This document shows, piece by piece, positions 44,823 through 46,171 of a DNA stretch of 46,171 nucleotides. Origin of the DNA: Spirochaetales bacterium (GTDB lineage: Bacteria > Spirochaetota > Spirochaetia > DSM-27196 > SLST01); NCBI GenBank assembly GCA_019038705.1, contig JAHOYX010000098.1:1-46171 (forward strand), read 5' to 3'. Position 1 is the stretch's first letter, and each line of letters begins with the position of its first letter. The translations under genes and the position numbers were made by a program. Under the pieces are notes generated by a model, which was not told the DNA's origin, ran no database searches, and was given only the letters and a program-made list of their open reading frames with translations.

Positions 44823-46171
44823 CAGATCTTCTTTCTGACAGATGCAAAGAGGCGTTTGTGGATCTTTGAGATGTCATTCATCAGCATCTCGGCCTCTTCC
44901 GATGTAGAGGTCACAAACACCTGATCGTTCACTTCAGGCAGATTGATCCGCACATTCAGAAAGGCACCCTCGGCCGCCGCATTCGCCTGGGAGACCGCCA
45001 CGAACGCATCGGAGAGTGCATTGGAATTGCCCTTCCTGAGCACCTTCTCAGCGAGAGTTATGAGCTCCCTGCACAGCCTCAGTGTTTCCAGAGGAGTTGT
45101 CGTCATTGTTATGGCGGCTGATTCAACGGCCTGCGCCCGATCCTTGATGCCAGCCTCGCTTTGCTTCGGAAGGCGCAGCGCTCGTATGTACTCATTGAAA
45201 GCGTCGGAATCGCTATCTACAAGGCATAGAAGCCTGGCTTTCAGTTCCTGTGCCCTGATGGAGATTTCCTTCATGGGCTTGTTCTGACGTTCGTAGCCCT
45301 TCTTGCCAAAGGTCAGGTTCGCAACCATGGAAGTCAGTGAGGCGGACAGTGCCGCGCTCAGGGCAGAAACGCTGCCCCCCCCGGGTGCCATGGAATCGGA
45401 AGAGAGTTCGTCGCTGAAACCGGACAAGGTCAGGGCAGCAGGACCGGTGCTCCTTCCCTCCACTGCATATTCAATGACCCTCTCACCGGGAATAAACGGG
45501 CTGGTGTCGTTCAGGCCAAGTCCGAGGACTGCCGCTTGAATAATGTCCTTCTCGGGGATTCCGGTATTACTCCCCTTCTTTTCCAGGTAATACCTTCCGG
45601 CATCCAGCAGAGCATCCCTGGGCAGGAGACCTATGGCTTCGCTGCCGGTAACCCTGACACCGCGCTTTGCGGCTTCCTCGGACACAACCTCGAAGGCCCG
45701 GTGCAACCCGGTCTCGCGGAAGTTCGTGAGGTTCATGGTCACCTGCGCATAGCCATATTCATCGATGAACCACCCGCCGGCCTGACAGTGACTGAGACGC
45801 CCGGGAACCGTGACCGCAGCACCGTCTTCGTCTCTTGCTATGGCGCCCTTTCGATCCCGCTTTGCCCGACCCTTGTCTCTGACTGTCAGGGCGATATCGC
45901 TTGCAGTCTTCTTATCCCAGGTAGAGAGATTCACGTTGTATGCGAGAAGGAAATCCCGTACACCGATGGCAGTGGCCCCCGATGTTGCATTGAAAACGGC
46001 CGGACCATAGTCAGGCTTGAAATCCCCGGCGAGAAGCTTATCCTCCAGGGCTTCATATTCCCCATGCCGTATATCCGGCAGCCGTACTCTATCCTCCCGT
46101 CTTGCAGATTTGGCATAGAGATACACAGGGATATTGAGCTCAGACCCAACTCTCCCGGCAAGTTCCTCGGC
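44822..46171 (-). CDS. ftcD: Bifunctional glutamate formimidoyltransferase / formimidoyltetrahydrofolate cyclodeaminase, 5'-partial
   Basis: A transferase domain is followed by a cyclodeaminase domain (APGGGSVSALSAALSASLTSMVANLT). The frame stays open to the right edge (...AEELAGRVGSELNIPVYLYAK), so the track M at 46126 is an internal GTG. The stop overlaps the hutI start. Confidence 0.85.
   Translation of the reverse strand, partial: AEELAGRVGSELNIPVYLYAKSARREDRVRLPDIRHGEYEALEDKLLAGDFKPDYGPAVFNATSGATAIGVRDFLLAYNVNLSTWDKKTASDIALTVRDKGRAKRDRKGAIARDEDGAAVTVPGRLSHCQAGGWFIDEYGYAQVTMNLTNFRETGLHRAFEVVSEEAAKRGVRVTGSEAIGLLPRDALLDAGRYYLEKKGSNTGIPEKDIIQAAVLGLGLNDTSPFIPGERVIEYAVEGRSTGPAALTLSGFSDELSSDSMAPGGGSVSALSAALSASLTSMVANLTFGKKGYERQNKPMKEISIRAQELKARLLCLVDSDSDAFNEYIRALRLPKQSEAGIKDRAQAVESAAITMTTTPLETLRLCRELITLAEKVLRKGNSNALSDAFVAVSQANAAAEGAFLNVRINLPEVNDQVFVTSTSEEAEMLMNDISKIHKRLFASVRKKI

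Noticed and set aside
1-46171. CRISPR arrays, tRNA/rRNA genes, riboswitches and recognisable defence-system genes.
   Set aside because: I saw no regularly spaced direct repeats, no cloverleaf-compatible segments in the intergenic regions and no cas, restriction or abortive-infection signatures. Intergenic regions are mostly shorter than 150 bp.

Overview
This is a 46.2-kb GC-rich bacterial chromosomal segment. Spot hand counts give roughly 55-62 % GC. The left ~450 nt are the exception at about 48 % GC, hand-counted over 1-420. I can support about 38 protein-coding genes. I found no rRNA, tRNA or CRISPR array by eye. All family names come from motif recognition and memory, because no searches were run.

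Content from left to right:
- (i) A junction made of a partial AT-richer LacI-family regulator with a perfect 22-bp operator-like palindrome, followed by the 3' stump of an IS3-like transposase.
- (ii) A glycoside-utilisation locus: SDR epimerase, UxuA-like dehydratase, GH38 alpha-mannosidase, a CUT1-type ABC transporter (binding protein and two permeases, no ATPase) and a YicI-like GH31.
- (iii) Divergent from that locus, a LacI regulator, an atypical short glycyl-radical enzyme (GRE) and its radical-SAM activase.
- (iv) A DUF4139-like secreted protein and c-di-GMP genes.
- (v) An orphan Cys-rich histidine kinase translationally coupled to RNase R.
- (vi) A DUF4143 ATPase.
- (vii) A melA/AraC module.
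- (viii) Housekeeping genes: trxB, ftsH, rhomboid, CE7 esterase, rlmE, NlpC/P60.
- (ix) An ApbE flavinylation module facing an operon that encodes an FMN-binding lipoprotein, a NusG_II protein, YbdG/MscS and a NYN-LOTUS protein.
- (x) A VTE5/VTE6-like polyprenol kinase pair.
- (xi) thyX, hutI and a fused ftcD.

The best candidate for something undescribed is the LacI-linked GRE. Its thiyl loop reads GCNW instead of the GCVE loop I recall for characterised PFL2-type GREs, and it sits in a sugar locus without the usual partner genes. Other signals worth a second look:
- a perfect 21-bp inverted repeat flanking 105 bp in a convergent intergenic region;
- several gene relics (IS stump, glycosidase N-terminal stump, ABC-permease EAA-loop fragment);
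- candidate leaderless promoters.
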